The notes below the pieces were generated by a model. That model worked only from the letters and a program-made list of their open reading frames with translations, made no database searches and had not been told where the DNA came from. Shown one piece after another: positions 1 to 14,213 of a DNA stretch of 64,000 bases (its first letter is position 1; every line of letters begins with the position of its first letter). A program made the position numbers and the translations under genes. This stretch comes from Phoronis australis (taxonomy: Eukaryota > Animalia > Phoronida). The stretch is taken from positions 709,150 to 773,149 of the forward strand of contig NMRA01000059.1 of assembly GCA_002633005.1 (NCBI GenBank), in the 5' to 3' direction.

Positions 1-1249
1 GGCTCTGACATCACAATTTTGTGCTGTTTGATAAACCTTGAATTATACAGACATCACATTCCATTGGAGCAGCCATATTGAAGTAACTAAGCACAACAAT
101 ACAATCTGGCTCTCTGATTGGTCAATTCACTAGAAAAGCGCCATCAAGTGGCAGGAATTTGCATCATATTTTGTGCAACAAAAACACCTTTTTTAAAAAA
201 AATGTGCAAGTGTAGACGTGGGAACTTTTTGGAATTTGATTTTTAGTTATATTATCTAGCCACATAGAAAAAACTAGGTTGCCCCCCCAAAGTACTCTCA
301 AGGGTGAACGCTATGAGATTTGGCCCACCGACTATACCTCATAAATACGAAGACTTTAGAATATGGATTCCCACACTTACTGTTGATGATTTATTGAGGC
401 ATTCGTCCAAATTTTATCTTCATACATTATTATTAATTTGACCTGCTGGGCCGTTTGATACAATTATTCAGTAAAAATTCAGAATGCAGTCACGTGACAT
501 TTATGAAAAAATGCGATAAACTATCCCGGTGTTATGCAGTTACAACATTTTTAGTCGAAAGCACATTTCACTTTCCAAACATATAGTGCATTAAATTAAA
601 AGCCTCCAGATTCTGTGAACTATAAAATTTCGCCATTGTCGTAAAATACGTTGAGCTCGTTAATGCTTATTGCTTGAATGACGTCAATCTATTGATGACG
701 TATCAATTTATAATTATAAATGTGGCACTAACAATACCTATCAAGGTATTGGTTGACTTGATGATTTTTCTAATGGCGTATATATCCGGGATTGCGAACC
801 TTATCAGGCACCACCTGGCGTCAGTCAAGGAGAACCTCTCAGACAAAACAACACCAATTGCCGTCATACTAGAAGATGGTGACTTGCGTGAGGAATAGTT
901 AGGTTCAATTAATCCACCTGCTGTCATACTAGAAGATGGTGACTTGCGTGAGGAATGCTAAGATTTAACTATCACTTTGAGTGGATTGAGACGTATAAGC
1001 CCAAACGGTTCACTATGAATAAATTGAGGACATTCTCGACGACATCTCAGAAACTCCACACGAGCACCACGAAATTACAAAATCTGCAACCGTGAAGTCT
1101 GAAAGAAACCACAAGCCATGTCTTTCTACTACACGAGACAGCTAAAGCAAATTGAATCAGATAACGATTTAATGGAAAACAGTGAAATTATCGATAAGGT
1201 TGTCAGCATGCGGCTGCAAAGGAAACGTAGAGACAAAAGACGATATGTT

Positions 1250-2636
1250 TGCTGATCAAGGACATGAACACATTGCTGATGCGGCTGCTAGCGAAGACGG
1301 TACTTGATTCCACCGAGGGTAAGAACGTACGCGTTGATGATGTTACCGATAGAGACGATAGGTACGTGCGCGATAGTATAAATAGTAATGTTGAACGAGC
1401 GGTAAATAGCGTGGATGGAAACGGAAGGCAAGGAAAGGATGATCTTGTAGTACTGTAAATGACGGGAACGAAAACGATAGCAAAGACAAGTCTGACGCTC
1501 CAAAGTACGAGTGTAGTCGAACACCAGATGTTATATGTGAAAAAAACGGTCATGGGTCTAACGCTTCGCATGACAAGAGTGATTCTATGCATGGGACTCC
1601 ATGTGAAAATGGTGAGTCTCAGCAAATTGCCACGTATGAAAATGATGATCCTGGCGATGACACTCCATGTAAAAATGGTAATCATCAGCGTGATACTCCG
1701 AATGGAAATGGTAATCTTGAGCATGATACTTCGCATGAAACGGTGATTCTAAGCCTCATACTCCGAATAGAAATGGTTATCCTGACCGTGATACTCCACA
1801 TGGAAATGGTGGTCTAGGGCATGATATTCCGTATGGAAATGTTAATCCGGAAAATGATACTTCGTATGGAAACAGTGATCCTAAACGTGATACTCCGTGT
1901 GTAAGTGGTGATCCAGGAAATGACACACCATATGGAGATGGAGATCCGGGATATCATATACCGTATAGAAATGGTGATCGAGGACAGGATAGTCCTTATA
2001 GAAATGGTGATTCTGAGCCTGATACTCTGTATGTAAATGGTTTCACTGAGCGTGATATTCCGTATGAAAATGGTGATTCATGCCAGGACCTTCCACATAT
2101 GTAAATGGTGATTCTGAGGATGGTACTCAGTATGAAAGTGGTTGCACTGAGCGTGATACTCCGTATGGAAATGGGGATCCAGGTCATGATACTCCGTATG
2201 GAAGTGATGATCCTGACCCGGATACTCCATGTGGACGGAAATGGTGATCCTGGACGTATTATTCCTTATGGAAATTGTGCTCCAGAACACAATGGTGACC
2301 ACGAGTATTGTCCAGTGTATGAAAAAGGTTACATTGATGATAATGTTTCGTTTGAAAATAATGATCCACATGGAAATGTTAATCCTTACCATGATGTACC
2401 GTACGAAAACGACGATCCTGTGCATGGGAATTTGTATGAAAAGGATGATCTTTGTCATGAAAAGGATGATTGTGAGCATGATAATGCGTGTGAGAGTGGT
2501 GAGTCTGGGTATAATACTCCCCTTCATGTTAATCCTGCGCATGATTTTCACCATGGAAATGATTGTCCAGAGCATAATACATGAATCCGAACCCGAGCTT
2601 GAACTGCGTGACGAATGGAATCCTCGCAGACGTTAG
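1250..2636 (+). pseudogene. Frameshifted acidic low-complexity ORF built on a degenerate 33-bp repeat (xDTPYGNGDPx)
   Basis: Unit cgtgatactccgtatggaaatggtgatcctgag recurs at 33-bp spacing over about 1570-2300. The D/N/G/P/Y-rich frame is broken by frameshifts near 1740, 2100 and 2235. Confidence 0.5.
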
Positions 2637-4760
2637 CGATGATTATTGTGGCAACGGGGGAGGTTTCACGGCTTTTTCTGTTGACAAAGGTGGACGAGAG
2701 CGTATTGATGACTATCACGGCTTTCTGAACAACTGGAAATGTCGTAAGAATAAGACTCGGTCACGAATGAACTATGAGAAGGGACTACACTAGTGGCGAC
2801 ACTTTTTGTGCTGCGTCCCCCCATCAGAAAAATGAAAGTTCACAGGCTACTGCACTCCAAGCACCGGTTTTATTATAGTACTTTGAATCATTAAATTAAT
2901 CTAGTTAATTTTTTCCTTGGAGCATTCTCAAAATGTTTGCATTTTGGAGTGTATATTCGTGTATTTTGAGCTTCAATTCATGCACGTGTTTTGGCCTTTT
3001 ACGATTTACGTTCTTCCAAGTTGTGTTTCGTCTAGTTGCTGACTCCTGTTCGTACGGACACTGTGCGCGAAGATCACACTGTTGATCGCATGACTGGGTT
3101 TCTCACTAATCCAAATTGTTTGTGTCATAGTTTTCCACTTTCACAGTGACGTAACTTGAGACGCCAAAATGCTCAAACACAGTAAGGGATCTATCAACTC
3201 AACCAAATATGTCGACGCTCTCTCGGACCGCCCTCCGGACAGTAATATGGCATTTGTGGTTTCATCTCGGGGCATCTGTCGGCTCTGATTTGTACAAGGC
3301 TTCGCCAAATTATTCTCTCACAAACTGCTAAATGTTTGAAATCTTCCATAGAAAATGAGGCTTTCAAGGAATAACTAGAAATCACTGATCTCCACCAAAC
3401 CTTCAGGAGTTAAATATAGCTCCAAACATTTTCCATTCCATCTTAAATCGGCATCAGAATTTCATATTCAACAAACTCGATGCCATTACGTCATTTTTAT
3501 TGTCATTCTCACTAACCTTTGCCGTGCAACTACGTTTAATCAAGGCCAAGTGTACTATAACCGAGACGGTAGATGAGTTAATTCTAATAACGAGTGATAT
3601 ACTAGTTTCTAAGGACCATGGAACCTTGCTTTCTAAGTTTTTGGTTAAACATACTCAAGGGACGTATGCTTTGCCTTCGTGTAAAAACGCTAGGATGCAT
3701 GCTTCGATCGACTCGTTCAAACTAACAAGGCAATTCCAGCATTCTATGTTGTGAAAGTGCAAGACTTATTCAGTTCTTTACAAGTTTTAACGGCCAAAAA
3801 TATCGCTTGAGTTGATGTGTCATCAGTTAATTCTTATCATGGTAATAGTAGTTCAGTTATTTGATGTACACAAGCATTGTGAGACTAAAGAACAATTTGT
3901 GAATTCATAAGAGTCTGAAAACACAAATTCACTGGCAAATATAAATGTTAATCGCACTGAATCATGTGAACAGCAAGAGTGTCTTAGAAAGTAATCCACC
4001 CTTACCAATCGCGAAATGTGAATAAACATGGAAGTACCGCTCTATATTTTTTACTGCAAAGTTGATCTAAAACAAGAACTAGGACATTTCTGTCAGAAGT
4101 AGGGTGGAATTAAACTTGCCAGTTCAGACAATGACTAATTATACCAAATAATTTTACCAGTCGCAAGTGGCTTCTCTGCTCTCTGTATGTGACCTTGCTT
4201 TTCTTTGGCTAGTGCAGACGAATTAACCAGACATTAACCAGTCAGAGAGGGGCTTACTTAATGAAAAGTGACCCACTTACTTGCCTCATTAGTATATTCC
4301 AAATTTAAAGACGATGGTCTCCATTTGAAGCACTACTAATTTTATTAACTCAGAATTTTGTGCTCCGCAGCTTCCAAGCATTGATCAGTAACACTTATAG
4401 GTGGCTGGAGTATGTGCTGTGCGCTTCTAACATGACTTTGCCATCGAAATTTAACTTAGAAGACCTACATGTATCCGGTTTAGTTGCCTGCTGACAGAAG
4501 CACTGAGCGTATTTTGGGGTTCATGGTTGGTTTTGAGATAGACTTCAGTGGCTTTACCAAGAGCTATGACAAATGGCCGTTGTGCTTGTACGATTTTATA
4601 CCAAATCGCCTTTCCTCGTCGTTCTTTGTCATGGCATGGGTCAAGCTAAAATGAAAGAAAGTAAAATAATATTGAAACACCCACCCGCATATACATGTAT
4701 GTACAAGGACATGTCAACATATTGCTATAGATCAACTATGAAGCAGGGTTCTCTTTGCAG

Positions 4761-6206
4761 GTGATGCACAGTTTAGATTGTGGCGTGCTACCGTCAGAAA
4801 TGACTTGGTTCCCGACTATAGTGGCGTCTACTGCCATCTTTTTATCAGTTGCCACGACGACGATATTTGCCGTGTGGAAAGTACGACAAAGCACGGCAAC
4901 CTTTCTGGGGTGTTCTTTGTTTAGCACATTCTTGTCAATTATTTGGCCTTTATCCATGAGTCCTGAAACTTTTGTCGTTTTGTCTATTAGATTTGGGTTG
5001 TCTTTGGGTGGTTCAGCTATATCATCTACGTTAGTTCTCCGCGATGTACTTGACAAGACAGACAGAACGCATGGTAAAGCTTGGGTGCGTGCCACAAGTG
5101 GCCTGTTGGCGTCGGTAGTCCTGCCGCCTACCGGTAAGTGGAAACTTCGCAAACAACATTCCTCATGTTATGTCCCTCCACATGTGATTAAAACTCGAAT
5201 TGACCGCTTTTGATTCATTCCTCCAGTTCAAGCGAGTGAACCGGTCGAGACATCTGATTCGTTCTAGATGACGATCCTCACGGCTGAACCGTTCGAGGGA
5301 ATCAGGTGCAACCAATAACAAATGTGTACCGCCTATTTACGGGTGTTTAGCCACCCAATTAAAACCTCATGAGTGTATACATTCGGAAATCTTCAGTTGA
5401 AAATAAACGATCAACTAAGCTACCTTTGGAAAAAGCACTAAGTTTTCCTATTGTGAATCGCTTATATGTTCAAATAAGAGCTGAATCCCACAAAATCTGA
5501 CCGAGACTGCAGAAACCGAACAATAAAAACTTGAAAGAAACATATGTTGAAGGATATTCATTCTCAACACGCAAGCGTGAAACAAAATCAGTTTAAGACT
5601 AAAAGTCTACATGTTAAATACTTTCGGTGGATTCCGGCACAGTTACTTGAACATAATTTTTGTTACATTCCTTCGATGTCATGTATCTTTCTCGTTCGAC
5701 CCGTGCTATACGCTGATGACGTAATCCTATGAAAACAGTTCTCTAGCTGGCACATTTGTTCTTATCATGATCCTAAACACTAGTAGACTCTTCGCAAGAT
5801 ACGGGACACGTTCTGCAACACAAAATAATGACTAGCGAGCTCACGTATTTCACTGAAAACGTGGCCGGATATCTCACGAGGAACTGCGAAACTCGCAAAG
5901 GCAACACCTCAAGCCTGGCAGAACGCGTCCCCTGCATGGTTGATGCAATGTTTCAAGTTCACGTTTTTTTCAGTTTATCTGGTGACGTTTGTCGACTCCT
6001 ACAACGTTGCCTTTTATGTCGGAAGTGGTTGCCTTGGTCTTAGTTTGGTGCTGTCGCTAACCCTCGCAAAAGTGATGGGTTCCCGCAACGATGACGCTAA
6101 TCTAACGGCCATCCAAAGAAGGAACGTCTCTGCTTGCTTTGAAAGTGTCTCGGATTTGACAAGGAATGCCGCGCATGGCAGTTTTGGTATGTTTCGTTTT
6201 CGTTAA
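4761..6206 (+). CDS. 3' exons (4761-5133, 5974-6206) of an MFS transporter, monocarboxylate transporter/SLC16-like; partial, possibly a pseudogene
   Basis: ttgcag acceptor, G|gtaagt donor and tttcag acceptor, in phase. Several hydrophobic TM-like segments; LASVVLPPT-VYL...DSYNVAFYVGSG resembles the SLC16 TM11-12 pattern (GPP...D..gsY..aF..aG). Upstream exons were not identified. Confidence 0.55.
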
Positions 6207-7867
6207 ATTTTATCTTTCATATAATTTCATATTTGCTTAAATGTTTTTAAAAAAACTTTGTGACCTTATAAACTTGTTGATGAGATTTCGATTCAGCTAT
6301 CGATTGGTGTTTGAGTCACGAAAGCTTAGTCAGTTTTATTGTTTGCCAAACAGAAGGATAAAATTCCAATCAATTGAGAGAGCATGGCAAAGATTTTGTT
6401 ATTCCTTGTTTGCAAGAAAGAATTTAAACAGTGATGAATCGCTATTTATTTTGGGAATTTCGTAAATTAAATGCATTTTTCTTGTTGCTGTTGGTAATTA
6501 CACAATTAGTACTGACTTTTACCTTAAATCTTTACATGAATTATCTGAAGACAAACTACTACACTTGTTTAGATGCGTTACATGTAACTCAAAAACCCAC
6601 TCACCTGACATTGACGTAGAGGGATACGTGAATTGTTGCAAATATAACCCTCGCAGCAGATACTGTAATTACTGTATTCCACTAGGTGGCGAGAAGAAAT
6701 GATTTTCCACAATATCCCACTCTGGCATTCTATGCCTCAGGATGACTATCCCCTGCACAGTACATTACGCCCCCCTACTATGGGCTGTAAGTTATTTAGC
6801 TTCAAGCGGCTATAAACCACCGTTTCGTCAAAGAAGCGAACCATTGATTTAAACCTCTTAACGCTGTAAATTGTTCTCAAGTTGTTTCTTATTGAAATGA
6901 GAAGTGAACTCTTGGCATTCGTTGTTCCTTGAGACTATGATGGGCACATGAAACGACACGCCGTGACAATTAAAGCCAACTTGAAGCGAATTGTCTCAAG
7001 GAATAACGAGCTTCCACTTGTTACAAAGTGCTTCAATTTGACCAAAGAACAATGAGTAGTTTGAGACTAGTGGTCTAAATCAATTTCGTGGTGGAAGGTG
7101 GATTAATTGGTGCTTTACTGATTCGTCTGGCATTACGACGGCAGTTGCATGAAATACGTGCAACGGAGGCAAGTTCAGTTAAAGGGCCTTCGCTGGGTCG
7201 AACACACTGTGATCTAACATAAATTCGACTGTAGGCAGTGTATAAACATCCAATGAAAAAAACTTACTTATAAAATGCAAACAATAGGACGGCCTTAGTA
7301 TTACGGCATGCAACCTTTGATAAAAGGGTCCCGTGTGTTTGGAATTGGAACGCATAAACCAATACAAGGCTCCGGATGCAACTTTACTTGCAGACCAAGA
7401 CATCAATGCATGTACGAGCGGTAGAAGCAGACGACTGCAAATGAAGATACTGTTTCCCCTCCATTTTAGTTAAACACTTCAGAAAACAAATTTAACGCAA
7501 GTTAATTCAGTCCACACAGCTCCAAATATTATCAACATTAATTGGATTTAATATGAACGATATATCATCACCTAAAATGGCCTCCGCAGTGAGTTACAGC
7601 TGGCTCATGCATTATGTGTATTCACTCAACTGCCGCCATATGCATTGAGGTTTCGTCGGAAACCCCCCACTTTAAAGAACAATAGTAAAATAAGGCAAAC
7701 ACAAGAAGTGATACTGTAAAATATGTGCAATATTTATGTTTTGTCACCTATATGAGTCAAGAATGTTCTTCAGATATTTATGGTCTTTCGAACGTGAGGG
7801 AGACGTTTGAACAAGTATCACCGACGAGTGCTGTAAAATAACTTACCAAGTAATTGAAGTCGATGCG

Positions 7868-8128
7868 CATTTGTGTTGATGTTGAATGACTAGTCACTGT
7901 CTTTACAAGACTCATTTGTGTTGATGTTGAATGACTAGTCACTGTCTTTACAAGACTCATTTGTGTTGATGTTGAATGACTAGTCACTTTCTTTACAAGA
8001 CCCATTTGTGTTGATGTTGAATGACTAGTCACTTTCTTTACAAGACCCATTTGTGTTGATGTTGAATGACTAGTCACTTTCTTTACAAGACCCATTTGTG
8101 TTGATGTTGAATGACTAGTCACTTTCTT
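7868..8128. repeat. 45-bp minisatellite, about 6 copies, running into an n junction
   Basis: Unit catttgtgttgatgttgaatgactagtcact(g/t)tctttacaagac(t/c). Confidence 0.95.
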
Positions 8129-8129
8129 N

Positions 8130-8231
8130 GGACCATAACGTACATGTATAGAGTATACTGGACCATAACATATAGAGTATACTGGACCATAACGTATAGA
8201 GTATACTGGACCATAACATATAGAGTATACT
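8130..8231. repeat. 24-bp minisatellite, about 4 copies
   Basis: Unit ggaccataac(a/g)tatagagtatact. Confidence 0.9.
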
Positions 8232-8599
8232 AGAACATAACATATTCCAGTTTTAAACACTTCACTCATTAGTTCAGTCGCATCATGTCGGTATATGTTA
8301 TGTAAGATGCATAGTTCACACAAACTCCGTCTCCCCCGCTCCACTACAGGCCTTCGTTGCGCCCGTTTCGGTACCGCTTTGGACCCAGGTAGTGCACCGG
8401 CCTTCCACTCAGATTCGAGGTGTTCTATTTTTCTCGTGGAGGGTGACCAGTTCCGTACTGGCCTTGGTGACTTCAGTCCGTCGGCTCAACGGGCTGGGTG
8501 GGATCAGTCCGCCAGCTTAATTTCACTCCATCCAGCTTTCGTCATTAAAAACTAAACTTTTCCTTGAGTAAACTTAATTATTTACCGATGTTGGAAAAA

Positions 8600-9760
8600 T
8601 TGGCGTTCTACCGTTATTTTGCTGCTATAATTGTGGTGGACTCTTTGGGGTCGGCTTTCGGCGTCATTGGTCTCAACTCTAGTACAAAATCTTTGAACTA
8701 CACCGAGAATAAACAATCAAAATAACCCAGGATTTCTCCAATTTAGTTTGCCTTTATGTACGGCTTCGCCTTCTGGTACAAACACACTATTTGATACAGT
8801 TTATCAGATGTGTTGTAATTTGATTTACATATCTTTGTCCAGTCGGCGAATGCTTTTTAAAACCAATGAATACCGAGACAATAAAATTGACCTCTGTTGA
8901 ACGACAAATGTTTGGTTAAAGAACACGCTGTATACCGAAGTAGTGACCGTCAAGGGGTGCGATAAAGGTTTGGTCATAGGATGACCGAATGTTGAACAAT
9001 GATGTTATCGCACCATAGGTGGATTTAGGGGGGGCCCAGGGGGCCCGGTCCCCCATTTGGTTGCCGCAAGCAAAATGAAACAGCAACAGTACGAAGCATG
9101 AGGAATATTGATTTCAGTAGGTAGGAGCGGTAGCGGACGAGGAGAAGGGCTGAGACCCGGAAACGCGTTCCCGTTATTTTTTTAGTCCACTTTCGGGCCG
9201 CCTGTTCCCATACAATCGCGCTTTGCCCAATTCTAGGGGATGTTGGGCCCCCCTTATGGTATCCTAGATCCGCCACTGCGCACCCTTCCACCACTGAAGT
9301 CACGACAACAAATCTTTCATGCGGGGAGTATCATACTTGTAGAACTCATCAACAGTATCTCGTCGGGACCTGCAGCTTTAACACGTCATCTGATTTAGGC
9401 AAAGATCCAGTTCGTCCATAGTGACTTCACCGTTCAAATTGGACTTACTACCACTGCCGAAAAGCTGTAGAAAGTTAGAAACATAAACACGAAGTTCATT
9501 ATAGTAGTAATTGTTTTTGTAAACATTGTTTGAATAAGCACCCTTAAAACTTTCGATCCAATTAATCACTAGTCGTATAAAAGTTCAGAAGGTCGGGACG
9601 GTTTCAGCAAAGACTAAAACTTTCTTTTATTGCTTTTTGAAGCCAAAACAAAATCCATGGTTAACTTTCCGGAAAACGTTTTTAGCACACTCGATTTGAA
9701 ACCATCAAGCTTAGATTTGCCTTTTGTAAATTTCTAACGAAACTTCTTTGTTCTAACTGA
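8600..9760 (-). mobile_element. Decayed non-LTR retrotransposon (LINE) reverse-transcriptase relic, interrupted by a MITE
   Basis: Frameshifted motifs in the expected order: WFQIECAK, LNGEVTMDEL..CLNQM, KAAGPDEI..EFYK, FI.FKK(AF), KLYQIVCLYQKAK, LFSV*FKDFVLEL. Confidence 0.6.
9014..9278. mobile_element. hAT-like MITE with 5-bp TSD (hAT5-type)
   Basis: Termini CATAGGTGGATTTAGG / CCTAGATCCGCCACTG; TSD CGCAC on both sides; internal similarity to 48207-48519. Confidence 0.8.
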
Positions 9761-10115
9761 CACATGTTTTAGTTCCCTGTTTCATTTTTCTGCAGTCTTT
9801 GTCAAACCACTCATTTTTATAACTCTATGCTGTCGTTTTTGTTCCATTGCGGTAATTTTCCCACAATTTCTAATTAGTCACAAAAGACGCCGGCTGCATT
9901 CCACAACCCCGTTCTAGTTATGCATTTCTTCGTCAAACTCGGAAGGGTTAATTTTGAATTGAGCAACCCAATAAAATTATTCGTATTGTGTTATTTCCGT
10001 CTATCTGCGGTAGAGGTCTGTCACTGCTAAAACATCTGGTAGGTGACTGAAAGCAACAAGAGCACTATTACAAAACTCTAAATGTAGGTTCATCAAAAAT
10101 GTTCTATCTACTGGG

Positions 10116-13100
10116 TTAGTTTGAAATTGCCGATCTTAATATTTTCATCGTCTGTTTAGCAATTGCTGCAGCTTGTTCAGCAGAACAAAACCAAGTATCG
10201 AAGTCCATACTGCATAGAAGTTTGCTTCGAAACGTGACGAAGTTGAAGAGCATAGGCACTCCGTTGCATCGAAGACAGGTGGAACGACAAAGCCACGTAA
10301 CATCGACATTATTATATTCTCCAGGGAACATCTGAGATACATCACGGAGGTTTGAAAAGCAGGCGTCGAATATGGTCACTGGCTCATCGGCCATCTTCAC
10401 CACGAACGATTCTGCGTCCAAAAGGTATTGAACAGTGAGAACTTCTTTTTGGAGGTCTCCCTTATTCAACGCTTCAATGATGCCATCGCCTATCGCCCTA
10501 GCGCTTGGCCAGAAGTCTTCGTCTTCTTGTTCTGAAACTACGCAGGGCACGTTAAGCTTTCCGACATAATATCCGTAAACATTCTGGCTGGGTTCCCAAT
10601 ATCGTCGCAAGCTCACGGAGTGACCGTTCAGAAGACTCAATGCCTCACCATCGGCGCCACCCTTCTTCAACTCAGCGTAAATGGCACGGCAGGCGGCATT
10701 AACCAAAACGCTGTTCACAGTGACTTTTTCGTGTTTACAACGCCTACTTAAACTTGCAGTTTCTTCTGCAGTAAAAGCACCCATATCGACGAAGCGCATC
10801 GTACTCTTGGTTTCTTTATTAGCTGAAAAAGAAATGATTGAAATACCCTTCAGCCGGCAAAATTGGAGCTGGAAACTGGCTCATTTATAATTAACAGTCA
10901 AACATTCATTTTTTAATTTCATATCCTAAAACCTTTTTTGTAATTCTGTGTTTCGATTAAGGGATTTGCAAGGTTGGCAACAAAGTGCAGAGTTTAAAAT
11001 ATAAATTGTTTTTTAAAGCAATTTAAGATTGAATTCAAATTGGAAAGTTACCCCAGTCTAAATTTTCCCGTGTACAGATTATGACCATTGCACGTTTCCA
11101 CTGTTCATATCACAAACTGTTTGTTGTAGTAGGTAGCCACTTAGACATTGACAGGGTAGACATATATGTACCTTCTGTTCCAATATTGTTGACCACGAAT
11201 ATCATTTTTAACTGTAATACATACGCAGAACTAATAAAGAGGTACATTGACGTGTACGACAGTAAGCACCCTTCCGTTACCTTAGCAAATATATTTCCTT
11301 AGCTACGCGAGAAGTTCTTAGTGCATAGTTATCTAGATGCTATTCTCGTCACTTTTATTACAGAAAAAATGATTGTTTAAGTTTTAAGATTCAAATTGAA
11401 TTGAATCTTGGAACAGGAAACTGACACGTGAGTTCAGGAGAGTCAACAGAACACGTACAGACTGCCCCGAAATTGGTCATAACACTCCAATGCTCAGTTG
11501 AGATCTTTTATCGCATACTCCGGCCAAATAAATCCGCTGGGCATTTCTGGGGTAAAAGCACAAGACGTTTTCGATTACAATATGCGAGATTTGTTACTTC
11601 TATTACACATGTACTTTATATAAGTGTTCCGATGGCAGTGCACACTCAGTCGGATGGCAGTGCACACTCAGTCGGATGGCAGTGCACACTCAGTCGGATG
11701 GCAGTGCACACTCTGCGTTACTGAAAACTGTTCAATTAGCGGTGCTTATATGTGAAATCAAGAAATGTGTTCTAAAGTACAGATGTACTGATATAAAAAG
11801 TGACGTGTGCAATCGGTACATGTCTGTAAGGGTTCAAGACCGTGGCCAAGTTAGGTACTCACAAAAGCAGCACAATGGCTGTTCAAGTTTCTAAAGCCTG
11901 AGCCGGAACAATTATTTTGTTTTATAAATCACCCCGGCAGTGATTTTAAAAGCAGTATGAGTTCACAATTTCACTGAAGACCAAAGATTAAGATTAAAAT
12001 TTTCCTAACGTAATGTTGAGGACACTCCTCAGTGGATTAAACTAGTTAAACTGGAAAAAAGTCTGAAATATGTAGAGCAAAATATTTGTAGCTTACCATA
12101 GGTATCCACTAACAGTAATTCTATTGTCTTATTAAAGGTTACTGGAGCTGAGTTTTCCTAAGTAACACGACTAAATTTAAAATTAAACCAAATTATTGTA
12201 TGTTTTTATCCTAATGAATCACGAAAGCCGCACGTCCTCTCATTCTGTAATAATAATTTAATCGGGATTCCTAGAAAAAATATGAAAAATCGTCACCCAG
12301 TTGCCAATGATCTCAACCTGATCTCCGTTGGGCGAAAAGTGGAATTGGTTATGCGGGAGAGAATGCAAAAGTGCGAATTATCCACGGTTCTTTGGATGAG
12401 GTAAAGTTGAATACTCTGTGGAAAAGCGGGACGTGAGAACGAACAGCGAACTTGCGTGGTGAATTACAAATGGCGAGCTACCGATATTTACGATCGATTG
12501 TCGGAGCATCATTTCTGTTTTCCGCTCCTTTCGGCCATTCTGAACTTACTTCGTACATGTAAGCCAACACTTGCGTATTTCACCTTACCGTGCTTTCTGC
12601 ACATTTTATCACACTGGCTATTTTCAGCCGGACACAAGAACATAGCATTACCTGTTAATATCCGGCATCAAAAGCAATGTCAAAGGACCATCTATGCTTC
12701 TGATAACTGTACTTCATTTCTGTTGCTTCCCTTTTGCCGTAAAACGTTATTTGCCAACCTATTTTTAAGTGGTCTCACGAAATAGACTTCTACATCGTTG
12801 GCCAATGGGGTGAACGCACACAAATTACGCGCGTGAGTTAATTCATGTTAGAGGTGTAAAATCATTGTTTTCGGCGTAAAGTAATTATTTGCGGCGTAAA
12901 GTAATTAAACTTTAGACGTAAAGTAATCATTGGCCAAACGGGTGAACGTTAAGCACCTATTGTGTAAGTTAATTTATTTAGAGGCGTAAAGCATTCTTGG
13001 CCAAATAGGTAAACATTGCGCACGTGAATTGCGTAATTAAATAAATTATTGTTCGTGACTTAAATTCATTATTAACGGCGTAAATTCATTATACGTGGCG

Positions 13101-14163
13101 TAAATTAACTTTTAACGGCGTAAAGTAACTATTTGCAGCGTAAATTAACCTTTAACGACATGAAGTAACTAATTGCAGAGTAAAGTAACTTTTAATGGCG
13201 TGAATTAGTTATTTGTTACGTTAATTAAAGTGAATTTACATAATTTACGCACGTAAATATTTAATTACCGTGCATAAAATAAACACGTGAGTAATTACTT
13301 TACGCCGTTAAAAGTTACGTTACGTCGCAAATAATTACTTCACGCCATTAAAAGTTAGTTTTTACCCCAAATAATTGCTTTACGCCTTTAAACGTTACTT
13401 TACGCCTCTAATAATTACTTTACGCCGCTAAGGGTTAATTTATGCCGCAAATAATTAATCTACACCGTTGATAATTAATTTATGCCACGTATAAAAATCA
13501 ATTTACGTACGTACTGATACCAACAATATTACCTTTAAATATCTGACCCCATATTGTAGAGCTTTTACGTTTGAGCATTCTTTTAAGAAGCGGTAGAACT
13601 TCAGTCCATGAATATTCCATCTGAGGCAGTAGTACCTCTCGCGGTGGCTTCAGTTCTGCTTCGTCGCCATAAGATTCCGTGCTGCCATCTATAATCATGT
13701 CGATAAGTTCTGCAAGGCGATTGCACATGCATATATTGGACACTCCGTCGGTTATCCCGTGCATCCAACTGATGATCACGGCGTACTTATAGGGCTTGGC
13801 TGGATCGGTATCATCTGCGCCGTGTTGTGGCACAAGCCGTACCCGCCACATGGGACCGCTCTTTGAGTATTTTGTGTGTAACAACTCATGATAAATCGCA
13901 AGCCAGTCACCTCCAAGAATGCGTTTATAATCGACATCGTCGTTTTGTCTTTCTTCAAAGTACTTCTCTCCGTCGCGCTCGACGACAGACATCCGCAGCA
14001 TAGGGTATATTTTTCGCCAGTTTTTCAACGAGGTCAACATCGCGTAATCCACAAGCTCATACTTGATGGACATCATCAGGCAGTAAACAATTGTTCCAAA
14101 GCCAGTAAGTTCCATAAGGTCCACAAAAACGTTCTCCATTTTTCCTAGCGCACGACTAACACT
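10116..14163 (-). CDS. Condensation-domain / alcohol acetyltransferase-like acyltransferase, copy B (exons 14163-13533 and 10822-10116; 5' end lost at the n junction at 14164)
   Basis: Paralog of copy A with the same motifs (RALGKME, WMHGITDG, CKHEKVTVNS, VSLRRY) and the same phase-1 intron position (FK-A-NKET). Confidence 0.86.
11629..11713. repeat. 22-bp minisatellite, about 4 copies
   Basis: Unit cggatggcagtgcacactcagt. Confidence 0.95.
12870..13495. repeat. Foldback-like element: about 21-bp GGCGTAAAGTAA subrepeats arranged as two inverted arms
   Basis: GGCGTAAA(G/T)TAA units on the + strand at 12870-13200 and TTACTTTACGCC units at 13290-13495; 13089-13200 pairs with the right end. Confidence 0.75.
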
Positions 14164-14213
14164 NTGCCACCATATTTGTACCGAATCTCCCACGTACGCC
14201 CTAGATGGGGGCA

